Assembly: GCA_963734545.1 (NCBI GenBank)
Contig: CAVTHO010000007.1
Span: forward strand, 736,001-800,000
Source: an uncultured Spirochaetota bacterium
GTDB lineage: Bacteria; Spirochaetota; Spirochaetia; SZUA-6; Fen-1364
Direction: 5' to 3'
Length of the DNA stretch: 64,000 bases
In this document: positions 9,413 to 19,866 of the stretch, piece by piece
Position numbering within the stretch: the first letter of the stretch is position 1
Layout: every line of letters starts with the position of its first letter
Position numbers and translations under genes: made by a program
Notes under the pieces: model-generated
Seen by the model: the letters and a program-made list of their open reading frames with translations, nothing else
Database searches by the model: none
What the model was told of the DNA's origin: nothing

Positions 9413-10272
9413 ATGTCAGATAGCGCGACTGCCTCCTTTGCCAGACTTTTCGACATCATCCGCCGCCTGCGATCCCCCGAGGGCTGCCCATGGGACAAGG
9501 CACAGACGCCGCAGTCGCTTCGCGCGAGCCTCGTGGAGGAAGTCTGGGAATGCGTCAGCGCGATCGACGCGCACGACGACCAGAATCTGCGGGAGGAGCT
9601 CGGCGATCTCTACCTGCTCGTGACCATGGTGGCGTGGATGAAGGAGCAGGAAGGCGCTTTCACCGTGGAATCCGCGCTGGCGGGGATCGGAGAAAAACTT
9701 GTGCGCCGTCACCCGCACGTGTTCGGCTCGGCAAAGACCGAATCTGCGGACCAGGCCCTTCGACAGTGGGATGCAATCAAGGCCGAAGAAAAGAGGGCAG
9801 CCGGAATATCTGGGTCCGCCCTCGATGCGGTTCCGGAATCGCTTCCTCCCCTCGAGAAAGCGGCGGAGCTTCAGAAAAAGGCCGCACGGGTCGGTTTGAC
9901 TGGCCGGGACCGGGGCCCGTGTGGGACAAGATCGACGAGGAGCTGGGGGAGCTGCGGGAAGCAGTCGGGACCGGGGATGCGAGGAGGATCGAGGACGAGA
10001 CAGGCGACCTCCTCTTCTCGGTAGTCAATCTGGCGCGGCTCCTGAGGGCATCTCCCAGCCTGGCCCTGCACGGCACGAATGCGAAGTTCGAGGCGCGCTT
10101 CCGGGAGGTGGAGAGGCGTCTCACGGAGCAGGGGGTCCGGCTGGCAGATGCGGGACTTGCCCGAATGGACGAGCTCTGGAATCAGATCAAAGCGGAGGAA
10201 TCGCGCAAGTTCGCGCGAGCGGAGGAATCGCGCAAGTCGCGCGAGCGGAGGAATCGCCGCGACCCGGGATGA
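9413..10272 (+). CDS. mazG: Nucleoside triphosphate pyrophosphohydrolase MazG; one frameshift at ~9895, likely a sequencing indel
   Basis: LRSPEGCPWDKAQT, EELGDL and KLVRRHPHVF in one frame; FDWP...KIDEELGEL...ETGDLLFSVVNLAR...KFEARF in the other. Confidence 0.9.
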
Positions 10273-12573
10273 GGAAAGCGCGTCAAAGTAGGACACAGGC
10301 TCCCCCTGCGGGCCGGTGGCCCATGTGGCGACCCGCGTGGCGTTCGCCGTCTGCCAGGTTCCCTCTGCTTCCAGGGTTTTTCTTATGGAAAGCCCCGAAG
10401 CCGGGAGCCGCAGGTTGCGCATCTCCCCTGCCTCGCTTCTCACTTCGAAATCTGCCCCCCAGTACAGCGACATGAGCGAGCGCCTTCTGGAAACCCCGTC
10501 GCGAGGCACGACTGCCGCACTCTTCAACAACAGCCCGGCAGGCAGGCTGCGGTTCATCCGCTCGAGAAATCGCCCAGGCTCGCGCGGGCTTTCCTCCGTG
10601 TCATAGTCTTGAAGATCAATGCCTGCAATCTCTTCCCGGGACTCGAGCCCCAGGCTCAGGGGATTGGCGAATTCCAGCCGCGGCTTGGGATTGAATCCCT
10701 CCGTGAACCGCGCGGCATACCCGGCGCGCACGATGGCCCTCTCGAAAACGGTCATGAGGTCGAGGTGGGAGATGAAGGCGGAGGTCCCGGTTTTTGTGAA
10801 GCTGAACAAAAGCCGCTGCCACCCGGCGGCTGGCCGGGAGTTCCCGGCGGCAGGCAGCGGGACCGCTGCGGGGCTCGCGGGCTGACCTGAGCGGACATGA
10901 AGCCGGGGCACGGAGCGTGCGTCCCTGATCTCGCTCGTGGTCAGGCCAAGAGCAACCGCATCCCAGGGCAGCGGTTCCCCGACGTCACGCGGCCGGCACG
11001 CTTCCCCGACCACGTCCCAGCCGGCCCGCGCGATGGCCTGCCGCCACACGTCGGCCTTGAAGTGCTCTTCCCACGCGTCGAGCCGCGCGCCGTGCCGGTA
11101 GGCATCAAGGACGAGCCGCGCCGCCCTTTCGTCACCGCGCGCCACAATCCCCTCCAGAACGGAGAGGAAAGGCGCGTGATGGCCTATCTTGAATCCATTG
11201 CCGGCAAGACCTTTCCTGACAGCCATGATCCGCGTGGAAGCCTCCTCTTCTCCGAGCTGCGGGGCCCGCTGCCACGGCGTATGGGGCTTCGGGATGAAAG
11301 CGGCGATATTCACGTTCATGCTCATGCCCGTGGCAGCGCGAACGGCCGTCAGATACTCGATGATGGAAGCGGATTCATCCTCACCGAAAGACGGAGGGAG
11401 GCCCACCATGAAGTAGAACTTCGCCGCCTTCCAGCCTTGCGTCTTCGCCTCACGCATGGCGGAGATTATCTTCTCCAGGGTGGCGGTCTTCCTCACTTCC
11501 CGCTGCCATTCCGGTTTCGCCGTTTCCACGGCAAATGTGAGGCCGCTCTTCCTCACTTCCGAGATCTCTTTCAGGAGGGCAAGACTCAGGGAATCGATAC
11601 GCAGCGAAGGGAGCGAGAAAGACACCTGCAGCGGCGCGTATCGCGCGTTGAGGTCTCTCACGAGACCGTGAATCTCTCTGAAATCCCCCGAGGAGAGAGA
11701 GGAAAGAGTGACTTGGCGGTAGCCGGCGCGTTCGACCAGCGCCTGCACCTCTTCCTGTATCGCCTCGTGCAGCTTGAACCGGCATGGCCGGGCGTACACG
11801 GTGGCGTGGCAGAACCTGCAGGCATTGGGGCACCCGCGCATGATCTCGACGGTCCCGTGATCCTGCACGACCCGCATGCTGGGCACGGGGAACAGGGCCA
11901 CCGCCGTGGTTTCAGCGAAACCGCGCCAGAGCGCACGCCCCACTTTCCCGGTCTTTCCCGGGTGCCACACGGAAGCCTGCGACTGAAGGTATGCGAGCAT
12001 GTCCTGCCTGCCCGCCCCGTTTCGCTTCATCGCGGCCAGCTCGGAGAAGACCGGTTCCACCCAGCCTTCGGCCTCCCCGATAAAGACCGCGTCGACGAAC
12101 AGACCGAGCGGCACGGGATTGGTCGCCGCCGGGCCTCCGGCGATCACAATCGGTCCGGCACCCCGCCGGGCTCTCTCTATCTCGACGCCGCCCGATTCGA
12201 GAATCGCGCAGAGGTTCGTCAGAGTGAGCTCGTGACCGATGGAGAACCCGATGAGATCGAACTCCGAAAGCGGCCGTCCTGATTCCAGGGAGAAAAGCGG
12301 AAAACCGGCACCGCGCAGGGCGTCCTCGAGGTCAGGAGCAGGGGCGAAAATCCGCTCGCAGGAAACGTCCGGGATGCTGTTCAGGAGGGAATAGAGGATC
12401 CTGATCGCCGCATTGGACATCCCGATCTCGTACAGGTCGGGATAGGACAGGGCGACCGCGAGGGCCGCGTCGGGCTTCGCCGCCGACCCGAACTCCCCTC
12501 CGACGTATCGGCCGGGCTTCTCTACCTTGCGGAGCAGCGCGACGAGATCCCGACCGCTGACGTCGATGCGCAC
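9871..12573 (-). CDS. B12-binding radical SAM protein (TIGR03960-like) fused to a radical-SAM-linked domain (TIGR03936-like); true 3' end uncertain (~10190-10270)
   Basis: KPGRYVGGEFG, YPDLYEIGMSN, EIMRGCPNACRFC (CxxxCxxC), then FISHLDLMTVFERA...FTEGFNPKPRLEFANPLSLG. The last ~130 codons are antisense to mazG. Confidence 0.85.
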   Translation of the reverse strand: MRIDVSGRDLVALLRKVEKPGRYVGGEFGSAAKPDAALAVALSYPDLYEIGMSNAAIRILYSLLNSIPDVSCERIFAPAPDLEDALRGAGFPLFSLESGRPLSEFDLIGFSIGHELTLTNLCAILESGGVEIERARRGAGPIVIAGGPAATNPVPLGLFVDAVFIGEAEGWVEPVFSELAAMKRNGAGRQDMLAYLQSQASVWHPGKTGKVGRALWRGFAETTAVALFPVPSMRVVQDHGTVEIMRGCPNACRFCHATVYARPCRFKLHEAIQEEVQALVERAGYRQVTLSSLSSGDFREIHGLVRDLNARYAPLQVSFSLPSLRIDSLSLALLKEISEVRKSGLTFAVETAKPEWQREVRKTATLEKIISAMREAKTQGWKAAKFYFMVGLPPSFGEDESASIIEYLTAVRAATGMSMNVNIAAFIPKPHTPWQRAPQLGEEEASTRIMAVRKGLAGNGFKIGHHAPFLSVLEGIVARGDERAARLVLDAYRHGARLDAWEEHFKADVWRQAIARAGWDVVGEACRPRDVGEPLPWDAVALGLTTSEIRDARSVPRLHVRSGQPASPAAVPLPAAGNSRPAAGWQRLLFSFTKTGTSAFISHLDLMTVFERAIVRAGYAARFTEGFNPKPRLEFANPLSLGLESREEIAGIDLQDYDTEESPREPGRFLERMNRSLPAGLLLKSAAVVPRDGVSRRRSLMSLYWGADFEVRSEAGEMRNLRLPASGLSIRKTLEAEGTWQTANATRVATWATGPQGEPVSYFDALSSSRVAAIPPLARLARFLRSRELARFLRFDLIPELVHSGKSRICQPDPLLRETPLHLPEARLELRIRAVQGQAGRCPQEPRQIDYREEEVACLVLDPPRIPGPDCFPQLPQLLVDLVPHGPRSRPVKPTRAAFF
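10191..10257. repeat. Tandem repeat of 27/26 bp, 2.5 copies (AGCGGAGGAATCGCGCAAGT(T)CGCGCG), with internal TCGCGC/GCGCGA palindrome
   Basis: Read directly; lies in the convergent overlap of mazG and the radical SAM gene. Confidence 0.85.
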
Positions 12574-12574
12574 G

Positions 12575-13885
12575 TCAGTACCGCAGTCTGCGGCGGCTGA
12601 TATTCATGAGGATGCCGATTCCGATGAACCCGGTCCAGAGGGCGGAGCCTCCATAGGAGAGGAACATGAGCGGAATTCCCGTGATCGGCATGATGCCCAT
12701 GGCCATGCCGGCATTTACCAGGGTGTGGAAGAACACCATTGCAAGGATGCCCGTTCCGCAGAGCATGGCGTAGTCCTCCCGCGACGCCCACACGATGCTG
12801 ATGCCCCGAAGAAGGATGATGAGGAAGAGGGCGAATACCAGCAGCGCGCCCAGGAAGCCCCATTCCTCGGCCAGAATGGAGAATATGAAATCCGTGCTCC
12901 GCTGGGGAAGAAACTGGTAATGGCTCTGCGTGCCGTGGAGGAACCCCTTGCCCAGCGGTCCGCCTGAGCCGATGGCCGTGACCGACTGGATGATATTCCA
13001 TCCCGCGCCCTGGGGATCCAGCTTCGGGTCAACGAATATCACGAGACGCATGATCTGGTAGTCCTTCAGTATCTGGCGCAGGGCAAGAGAAAGAACTCCG
13101 CCCAGAACAAAGAGCGCGCCGCCCCAGGCAATCCAGAAGAAGTACCGCTGGCGGAAGGATCTCCAGCCGAGAAAGGCGAGCCCCGCCACCACGGATCCGG
13201 CCAGCAGAAGGTATTTCAGGATATCCGGGTCGGAAATAATGCTGAAAAGCGAGGCACCGCTCGCTCCATACCTGGCGTTCAGCGTCGGGATTGCCGCGAG
13301 CATGAAAGCGAAGACTCCCGCGCAAAGGATGAAGACGAGGTGCCGCACCTGGGCGCCTCCGATGAATGCCATGAGAAGAAAGATCGGAACAAAGGCCAGG
13401 GCCTCCCCCATGTCAGGCTGCATCAGGATCAGGCCGATGGGCACCAGCACGATGCAGAGGCCCAGCAGGAACCGGGGAAGCTCTTTTATGCCGCTGCCGA
13501 TGCCGGTGAGGTATGTGGCCAGGAAAAGTATCGTGGCGATCTTCATGAACTCCGCCGGCTGGATGCCGATCTCGGAGAAGCCGAGCCAGGAGCGCGCGCC
13601 GTTGACTTCCCGGCCGATCGCAAGGGTGATGAGCAGGAGAAGAAGACCGCCGGCATAGATGTACAGGGAAAGCATGCGGAGGGTCGTGTAGCTGAAGAAC
13701 GCGAAGAATGTCATCAGCCCGACGCCGGTCACTCCCCAGATGATCTGCCTCAGGAACTCCCGCGACATCTGCACCCCGCTGGAGTTTATGCCGCTGGAAT
13801 AGATGAAAAGGATGCCGATCCCCATCAGCAGCAGCACGGCGCCGAACAGAACGAAATCGAATGAAGCAAGGCCGATCCTTCTCAA
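12575..13885 (-). CDS. rodA: Rod shape-determining protein RodA (SEDS family)
   Basis: GARSWL, IQPAEFMK, QPDMG, SVTAIGSGG, LPQRSTDFIFSILAEEWG and SYGGSA motifs; TTG start overlapping the mrdA stop. Confidence 0.92.
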   Translation of the reverse strand: MRRIGLASFDFVLFGAVLLLMGIGILFIYSSGINSSGVQMSREFLRQIIWGVTGVGLMTFFAFFSYTTLRMLSLYIYAGGLLLLLITLAIGREVNGARSWLGFSEIGIQPAEFMKIATILFLATYLTGIGSGIKELPRFLLGLCIVLVPIGLILMQPDMGEALAFVPIFLLMAFIGGAQVRHLVFILCAGVFAFMLAAIPTLNARYGASGASLFSIISDPDILKYLLLAGSVVAGLAFLGWRSFRQRYFFWIAWGGALFVLGGVLSLALRQILKDYQIMRLVIFVDPKLDPQGAGWNIIQSVTAIGSGGPLGKGFLHGTQSHYQFLPQRSTDFIFSILAEEWGFLGALLVFALFLIILLRGISIVWASREDYAMLCGTGILAMVFFHTLVNAGMAMGIMPITGIPLMFLSYGGSALWTGFIGIGILMNISRRRLRY

Positions 13886-15741
13886 TCGATCCTCCCCACC
13901 ACGGGAGCATACCAGGGCTTCAGCGTGGCAATCGCCTCCTCGTACGTTTGATGGGCGAATATTCCCTGGAAGATCAGGTTCGAGGCTTTGGGGGCCCACC
14001 ACTCCCAGTTGTCCGAGGCTTCCACCATGGCCACGACGACCACCCTGTCCTCCGGGTGCTCGGTCTCGTACGGCCCGTACGCGGCGAACCACGAGTGCCA
14101 GGATTTGGTCTCCACTCCGGCCACGATCTGCGCCGTGCCGGTCTTGCCCGCGATCTGCACCGCTTTCGTAGTGATGACGGGCCCCGCCGTGCCGTCGGTG
14201 ATGACGCCGCGCATTGCCTGCTGGACCATCTTGAACTTGTCCGCGCCTATCGGCGACTTGTGGAGCACCTCCGGCGCGATCACGGTGACCGGCTGGTTGG
14301 TCTCGGGATCGATTGTTTCTTTCAGGATATGCGGCTTGTAGACGACGCCCTCGTTGACGACCATCGCGATCATGTCCGCCATCTGGAGCGGAGACATCGT
14401 CACGAAACCCTGCCCGATGGAGAGATTGAGCGTGTCCCCGCCCAGCCACCCCATGTGTTTCACTTTTTCCTTCCACTCGGGAGTGGGAAGGAGGCCGTTG
14501 ATCTCCCCCGGCAGGTCGATTCCCGTGAGCGAGCCGACACCGAAGTCACGCGCGTAGGAAAGGATCTTGTCGGGCCCGAGCCGGTTGCCCATTGTCCAGA
14601 AATAGACGTCGCAGGACTGCGCCAGGCCCCCCATGAGGTCCTGGTAGCCGTGACCAGTCCGCAGCCAGCGTTGAACACCCTGTCGCCAAACTCGAGCTTC
14701 CCCGTGCACAGCACCGCCTGGTTGACGGGGATGGTCCCGTCATCCACGATGCCGGTCGTCATGATCACCTTGAACGTCGAGCCGGGAGGATAGGCTGATT
14801 GTATTGCCCGATCCAGAAACGGAGACGAGGGATCCAGGGTGAGCCGGGTGAAGTAGTCGGATGCATCGGCGGCAAAGAACCTGTTCGGATCGAATGAAGG
14901 GGAGCTGACGAGGGCAAGCACATCCCCCGTTGCGGGACGGAGCACCACGACGGAGCCGTTGCGGTTCCCGAGGGCCTGCTCGGCGAGTCTCTGGATCTTG
15001 CGGTCGATCGTCAGAACCACGTTGAGCCCGGGCTTCGGCGGTACCACCGTTTCGTCCGCTCCGGAGATCCCCTTCTCCTTCACGTCAACCACCCGGAAGC
15101 GCTTGCCGTCGATGCCGCGAAGGATGTCGTCGTACTGCTTTTCGACGCCGGACTTTCCCAGGGTGGTGTCTGCCGCATATCCCTTGTTGTAGAGCACCTG
15201 CAGCTCTTCGCGCGTGATATCGCCCACGTAGCCGATCACGTGCGCAAGAGTGTCTGATTCGACATAACTGCGAATAGGCTTGTTGTGCCAGTTCACGCCC
15301 TTGAAATCTTCCTTGCGCTCGGCGATGGCAGAGATGGTCTGCAGCGTGACGCCGGCCTTCACCTGAATGGGCTGGAACTGGCGGTAGGTCTTCGGCGGCA
15401 CTCGTTTTTCGATCTCCCCGACGGGGATGGACAGCGCTTTGGCAAGGCGCGCGAAGAGACCGGGCAGCTCCGCCGCCGCGAGCTCTCCCGGGCACGATGT
15501 CCACGGCAAACGAGTCCACGTTGAATACGAGCGGATCATCCGCATGCGTGTCGAAGATCTCCCCCCGCTGCGCCGGGATCGGCGTCTCACGCTCGGAGAC
15601 ATCCTTGGCGCGCTGCGTGAACTCTCCGCCCTTGATGATCTGGAGCCAGAAAAGATAAAGCACGAGCACGGCGATGGAGCCTGAAAAAAGCGCGGTCAGA
15701 AAGACGAAGCGCCGTCTCTGCTGGCGTTCCCCTGATTGCAT
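13882..15741 (-). CDS. mrdA: Penicillin-binding protein 2; two frameshifts at ~15490 and ~14665, likely sequencing indels
   Basis: IPAQRGEIFD, YPPGSTFK (SxxK), SCD (SxN position) and KTGTAQ are spread over three overlapping ORFs. Confidence 0.9.
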
Positions 15742-16256
15742 TACGCACCCTCTTTATCAGCCTGCTTGAACATTTTGAACAGGTTGAGAAGAGCGAAAAG
15801 GAATGGCGCAATGACCCCGTTGTACCCGACTTCAATCCACAGCCGTCCCGTAAAAGTGATGAATCCCGAGGCGGCGAGCCCGAATATCGCCGACACGATG
15901 CCGGCGAGGATTCCCTTCAGGATCGTCGCCACCACGGTGAGGATGATCGGCATCAGAAAAGGGTCGATGAAGACGTTGCCGGAGAGCAGGCCATACACGT
16001 ACCCGATCACCGTGCGGAGAAGCGAATGGAAGCCCAGGGGAGAGACATTCATGAGATCTTCCAGAAAACCCGTGGCGAATCCCGAAACCTGGCCGACCAT
16101 GGGCCCCCGGCGCATGGACACGAAAATCAGCACGATGAGCGCAAGATCGGGCCGCACGCCCCGGATGGCGACCTTCCCCAGGATCGTCGATTGCAGCAGG
16201 ATGCAGACTGCCATGGTGAGGACGGTAAAGAAAATCGTGCGAAAATCCCTGTTCAT
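15741..16256 (-). CDS. mreD: Rod shape-determining protein MreD
   Basis: Hydrophobic protein with VRPDLALI and GQVSGFATGFLEDL motifs; lies between mreC and mrdA. Confidence 0.9.
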   Translation of the reverse strand: MNRDFRTIFFTVLTMAVCILLQSTILGKVAIRGVRPDLALIVLIFVSMRRGPMVGQVSGFATGFLEDLMNVSPLGFHSLLRTVIGYVYGLLSGNVFIDPFLMPIILTVVATILKGILAGIVSAIFGLAASGFITFTGRLWIEVGYNGVIAPFLFALLNLFKMFKQADKEGA

Positions 16257-17158
16257 GGGCCCCCCGATGCAGCGGGGGATGCCTGCTGCCCGCCCGCCGG
16301 TGCCGTGCCTTCCGGCTCGGGTCCGATCAGAAACAGGTATTCCAGCCTGTCGAAGTCGACAATGGGCTGCACCTGCAGCACCAGGGACGTCTGGTAGGTC
16401 GGCGCCGTGATATCCCGGATGCGGCCGATGTTGATGCCCTTCGGATACAGACCTCCGAGACCGGATGTGACGACAAGGTCGCCGTAGGTGATCTTGTTCT
16501 TGGCGATCTTCTTCACGTAGTTCATGACAAGGGTCCCCCGGTCCTTGCCCTCGCCCTGCACGAGCCCCTCGTCCCGGGTGCTGTCCACCCGCGCGGAGAC
16601 CATGCATTGAGGATCATACAGGGGCAGAATCTGGGAAGAGCCGGGCCCTACGAGCACCACCTTGCCGACAAGGCCCTCGAGGTCTCCCTGCCAGGCCACG
16701 ACAGGCATGCCCTTCTTCACTCCATGCCGCGATCCCTTGTTGATGGTGAGCGTCGAGAACAGGTTATCGGTGTCCCGGGCGATGACTTCAGCGGCAATGC
16801 GCTCCGGCGGAAGGATGTGCGCAAAATCGAGCTGGTCCTTCAGTGATTCGTTCTGTCGGCGCAGCTCGAGGATCTCGCGGGTGACCTGGTCCATCTCCTG
16901 CAGTCGCGCGCGCGCCGCATCGAGCTCTTCACGCGCCTCGCGGAGCTGCCTGATGGAGCCTGCCGTGTCGCCGAACCAGTTGAAGAAACCGGTGAAGCCT
17001 TTCTGGAAGAATCCCACCACGGAAAGTCCGATCTCCTTGGGCTTGATCACGACCGCACGGTTGGCGACCGTGAGGCACAGCAGGGAGATCAGGACGAGCA
17101 CAGTAAGGGTTGCCCCCTTCCTGTGCCGCGCGAAGAACCCTTCAAAGAGCCCGGGCAT
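16253..17158 (-). CDS. mreC: Rod shape-determining protein MreC
   Basis: TM helix, coiled coil, [15 protein letters not shown] and [17 protein letters not shown]. Confidence 0.93.
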   Translation of the reverse strand: MPGLFEGFFARHRKGATLTVLVLISLLCLTVANRAVVIKPKEIGLSVVGFFQKGFTGFFNWFGDTAGSIRQLREAREELDAARARLQEMDQVTREILELRRQNESLKDQLDFAHILPPERIAAEVIARDTDNLFSTLTINKGSRHGVKKGMPVVAWQGDLEGLVGKVVLVGPGSSQILPLYDPQCMVSARVDSTRDEGLVQGEGKDRGTLVMNYVKKIAKNKITYGDLVVTSGLGGLYPKGINIGRIRDITAPTYQTSLVLQVQPIVDFDRLEYLFLIGPEPEGTAPAGGQQASPAASGGP

Positions 17159-17162
17159 GGGA

Positions 17163-18201
17163 TCAGGTCTTCACGTTGAAATACTTGGAGTTCTTTTCCC
17201 TCACGAGGCTTTCCAGGAACTTGCCCGGCGCCCAGCGCCACGCACAAAAGCGGATTCTCGGCAAGGATGACGGGGACACCCGTTTCCTTGGAAATGAGCT
17301 TGGGGAACCCCTTGAGCAGCGAACCGCCCCCGGTCATCACGATGCCGCGCTCGACTATGTCCGCCGCAAGCTCGGGGGGCGTCTGGCCGAGTGTCTTCTT
17401 GATCTCTTCGATGACGGTATTGATCGGCTCCTGCAGGGCTTCCCGCACTTCCACGGAATCCATTTCCAGCTTTCGGGGCAGGCCGGTGATGGCGTCGGTG
17501 CCCTTGATTTCGATCTTTTCTATTTTCTTGTCCGGGGAGGCGTTTCCAATGGTGATCTTCACGTTCTCCGCGCTGGACTCCCCGATGATGAGGTTGTGGA
17601 CGTTGCGCACATGCTTGATGATCGCTTCATCGAACTCGTCTCCACCGACGCGGATGGCGTTGGTGACCACCATGCCGCCCAGGGAGATCACCGAGATCTC
17701 CGTGGTCCCGCCGCCGATGTCGCAGATCATGTGCCCCGCAGGCTCGAGAATGGGGATATTCGCCCCGATGGCGGCAGCCATGGACTCCTGGATGAGGTAG
17801 ACATCCCGCGCACCCGCCTGCTCGGCGGAATCTCGGACCGCCCTCTTTTCGACCTCGGTGATGCAGGTGGGCACCCCGATGACCATCCGCGGTTTCACGA
17901 ACCAGCGCCGGGCGATCACCTTCTCGATGAAATAGCGGATCATCTTTTCGGTGGCTTCGAAGTCGGCGATCACGCCGTCACGAATGGGCCGGAGCGCCAC
18001 GATGTCCCCCGGTGTCTTCCAGAGCATCTTCTTGGCTTCCGTGCCGACCGCGAGCACCTTCTTGGTGCCCCTTTCCATCGCGACCACTGAAGGCTCACAG
18101 AGCACGATACCTTTGCCGCGCGCATGCACGAGGGTGCTGCACGTGCCCAGGTCTATTCCGAGGTCCGTCGAAAAAGCTTCAAACATCCTGTCCCAGGCCA
18201 T
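17163..18201 (-). CDS. mreB: Rod shape-determining actin-like protein MreB; +1 frameshift at ~17225 near the C-terminus
   Basis: [16 protein letters not shown] and TGGGSLL motifs. The corrected tail reads [22 protein letters not shown] with a stop at 17163. Confidence 0.93.
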
Positions 18202-18228
18202 TCGGGATCCCTTCCTTTCGCTCCGTTA

Positions 18229-18323
18229 CCACTTCTCGTCGCTACTGCGACCACTTCTCGTCGCTACTGCGACCGCTTCTCGTCGCTACTGCGACCGCTT
18301 CTCGTCGCTACTGCGACCGCTTC
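18229..18323. repeat. 22-bp tandem repeat, 4 copies (CCRCTTCTCGTCGCTACTGCGA), each with a GTCGC-TACT-GCGAC hairpin and the stop codon of the upstream gene
   Basis: Copies start at 18229, 18251, 18273 and 18295; there are no spacers. Confidence 0.95.
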
Positions 18324-19264
18324 CCGCTGTAGTAGCGCAGCTTGGCTCCATAATGCGAAGGATCGATGATCAACGCATTCCGCCACTCCGCGCGTGCCTT
18401 CACCGGGTCGTTCATTTTCGCATACACCTCGCCCAGGTTGTAGTGCGCGTCGGCCGACTTCGGGTCAATCTTCACGATAGCCGAGAACTGCTCTTCCGCC
18501 TTGAAGAGCTGGTTCGTATCAAGATAAATCCCCCCGAGGAGGAACCGCGCCCGCTCCTCGATGTCCTTGTCTTCGGTCTTGTTGAGGGTCCGGAGGAGGT
18601 AATCGACAGCGTCGCTGCTACGCTTCATCTGGTAGTAAGTTTGCCCGATTGTCAAGAGCAGGAGGTCCCCCGGGTCTTCCTTCAACGCGGTGAGGAAGTA
18701 CTCCATCCCCTTTTCGTACTCCCCGAGCTGCGTGTAGGCCTGCCCGATGTACTCGTGAGAATCCTTCTGCGCGTAGCCGCTTGCAAGGGACTTCTCCATG
18801 CTGGCGATGGCGAGGTCGTAATAGTACTTCCCCTTGTTGAAATAGGCCTTGCCGAGGACGTACTCCGTTTCACCGATGAAAGGCGTCGAGACGAGCCGCG
18901 CCCGGCGCAGGGAAACGATGGCCTGGTCGAGATAAGGCATTTTTTCCTCGAGGGCGTTCTGGGACACGGCCCGGTAGAAGCTCGCAAATCCCTTGTAGGA
19001 AAGGGCGACGACGTTCAACGGATCACCCCTCAGGATGCCGTCCGCCGTGGAGACTACCTCGTCGTATTTTTCGGCCTTGAAGAGGTCCGGAAGCTTGCCC
19101 GGCGCATGGCGCTCCACGGTCGCGCCGGACAGCCGCGTCGGGATGCGAAGAACGAAGAAGAGGACGACTGCCAGGATGAGGATCCCCGAAAGAACGGGGA
19201 TGAGAACGGCCCGCCGGCCCCGCCTTTTCTGGCCCGTCCTGTAATGGTCGTAGTTCAGAATCAT
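18308..19264 (-). CDS. Tetratricopeptide repeat protein with N-terminal membrane anchor
   Basis: ATG at 19264 (MILNYDHY), a TM segment, and multiple TPRs (ADAHYNLGEVY...ALIIDP). The ORF-track extension upstream of this ATG is the rnpB gene. Confidence 0.85.
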   Translation of the reverse strand: MILNYDHYRTGQKRRGRRAVLIPVLSGILILAVVLFFVLRIPTRLSGATVERHAPGKLPDLFKAEKYDEVVSTADGILRGDPLNVVALSYKGFASFYRAVSQNALEEKMPYLDQAIVSLRRARLVSTPFIGETEYVLGKAYFNKGKYYYDLAIASMEKSLASGYAQKDSHEYIGQAYTQLGEYEKGMEYFLTALKEDPGDLLLLTIGQTYYQMKRSSDAVDYLLRTLNKTEDKDIEERARFLLGGIYLDTNQLFKAEEQFSAIVKIDPKSADAHYNLGEVYAKMNDPVKARAEWRNALIIDPSHYGAKLRYYSGKRSQ

Positions 19265-19283
19265 GTGCTTCCCAAATAAAAAA

Positions 19284-19776
19284 AAGGGCAGATCGATAAG
19301 CCGGGTTCTGTCAAGGGTCACCATCTCTCTTGGAGCGCGGTCACCCGCGCTCTCGTGCAGCCTACCCGCAGGCTGCCGCGGCGTTCGAATCCGCGAAACT
19401 GCGCGGCGTACCGTGCAAGACCGCGGCGCCCGAAACGCGCGGCGAGCGAGCAGCCCGCCTGCTGCTTGGCTTTGCTCCGAACGAGGTTTACCGTGCCTCC
19501 TCCGTTGCCGGAGGAGCGGTGGGCTCTTACCCCGCCTTTTCACCCTGTGCCGCCGCGCCCAGAGCGCCGCGAGACGGCACGGATGCCGTGCACGGCGGCG
19601 CAGGCGCGGTCTCAGGCATTCACGAGGAATGCGCTCGGCCGGTCTGTTTTCTGTGGCACTGTCTGTCGCCGGACGAGCCGGCGCCCGGGCATTGCCCGGC
19701 GTTCTGCTCTCTGGAGCCCGGACTTTCCTCCCTGCGGATGCACGCATCCGCGCGGGCGGTGACCTGATCTGCCCTC
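19284..19776 (-). ncRNA. rnpB: RNase P RNA (type A), enlarged to ~490 nt
   Basis: Conserved GAGGAAAGUCCGGGCUCC, AGUGCCACAGAAAACAGACC, GGGUGAAAAGGCGGGGUAAGAGCCCACCG, GAGCAAAGCCAA and GACAGAACCCGGCUUA. P1 helix AGGGCAGAUC/GAUCUGCCCU; GATAAT -10 just upstream. Confidence 0.95.
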
Positions 19777-19866
19777 ACACATTATCGGCTATTGCCGATG
19801 ATGTGTGAACCCCGCCGCGGCGGCAGGCTCGCGCGAAGCGCGATGCCGGGAGCCGTGGCAGGCCGC

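Noticed and set aside
12575-14476. 633-aa RodA with a long N-terminal extension
   Set aside because: The extension is an alternate frame of mrdA; RodA starts at ~13885.
18229-18323. Possible CRISPR array
   Set aside because: The repeats are contiguous with no spacers, and there are no cas genes.
18308-19747. 479-aa ORF with an Arg-rich N-terminal extension
   Set aside because: The extension is the RNase P RNA gene; the real start is ATG 19264.
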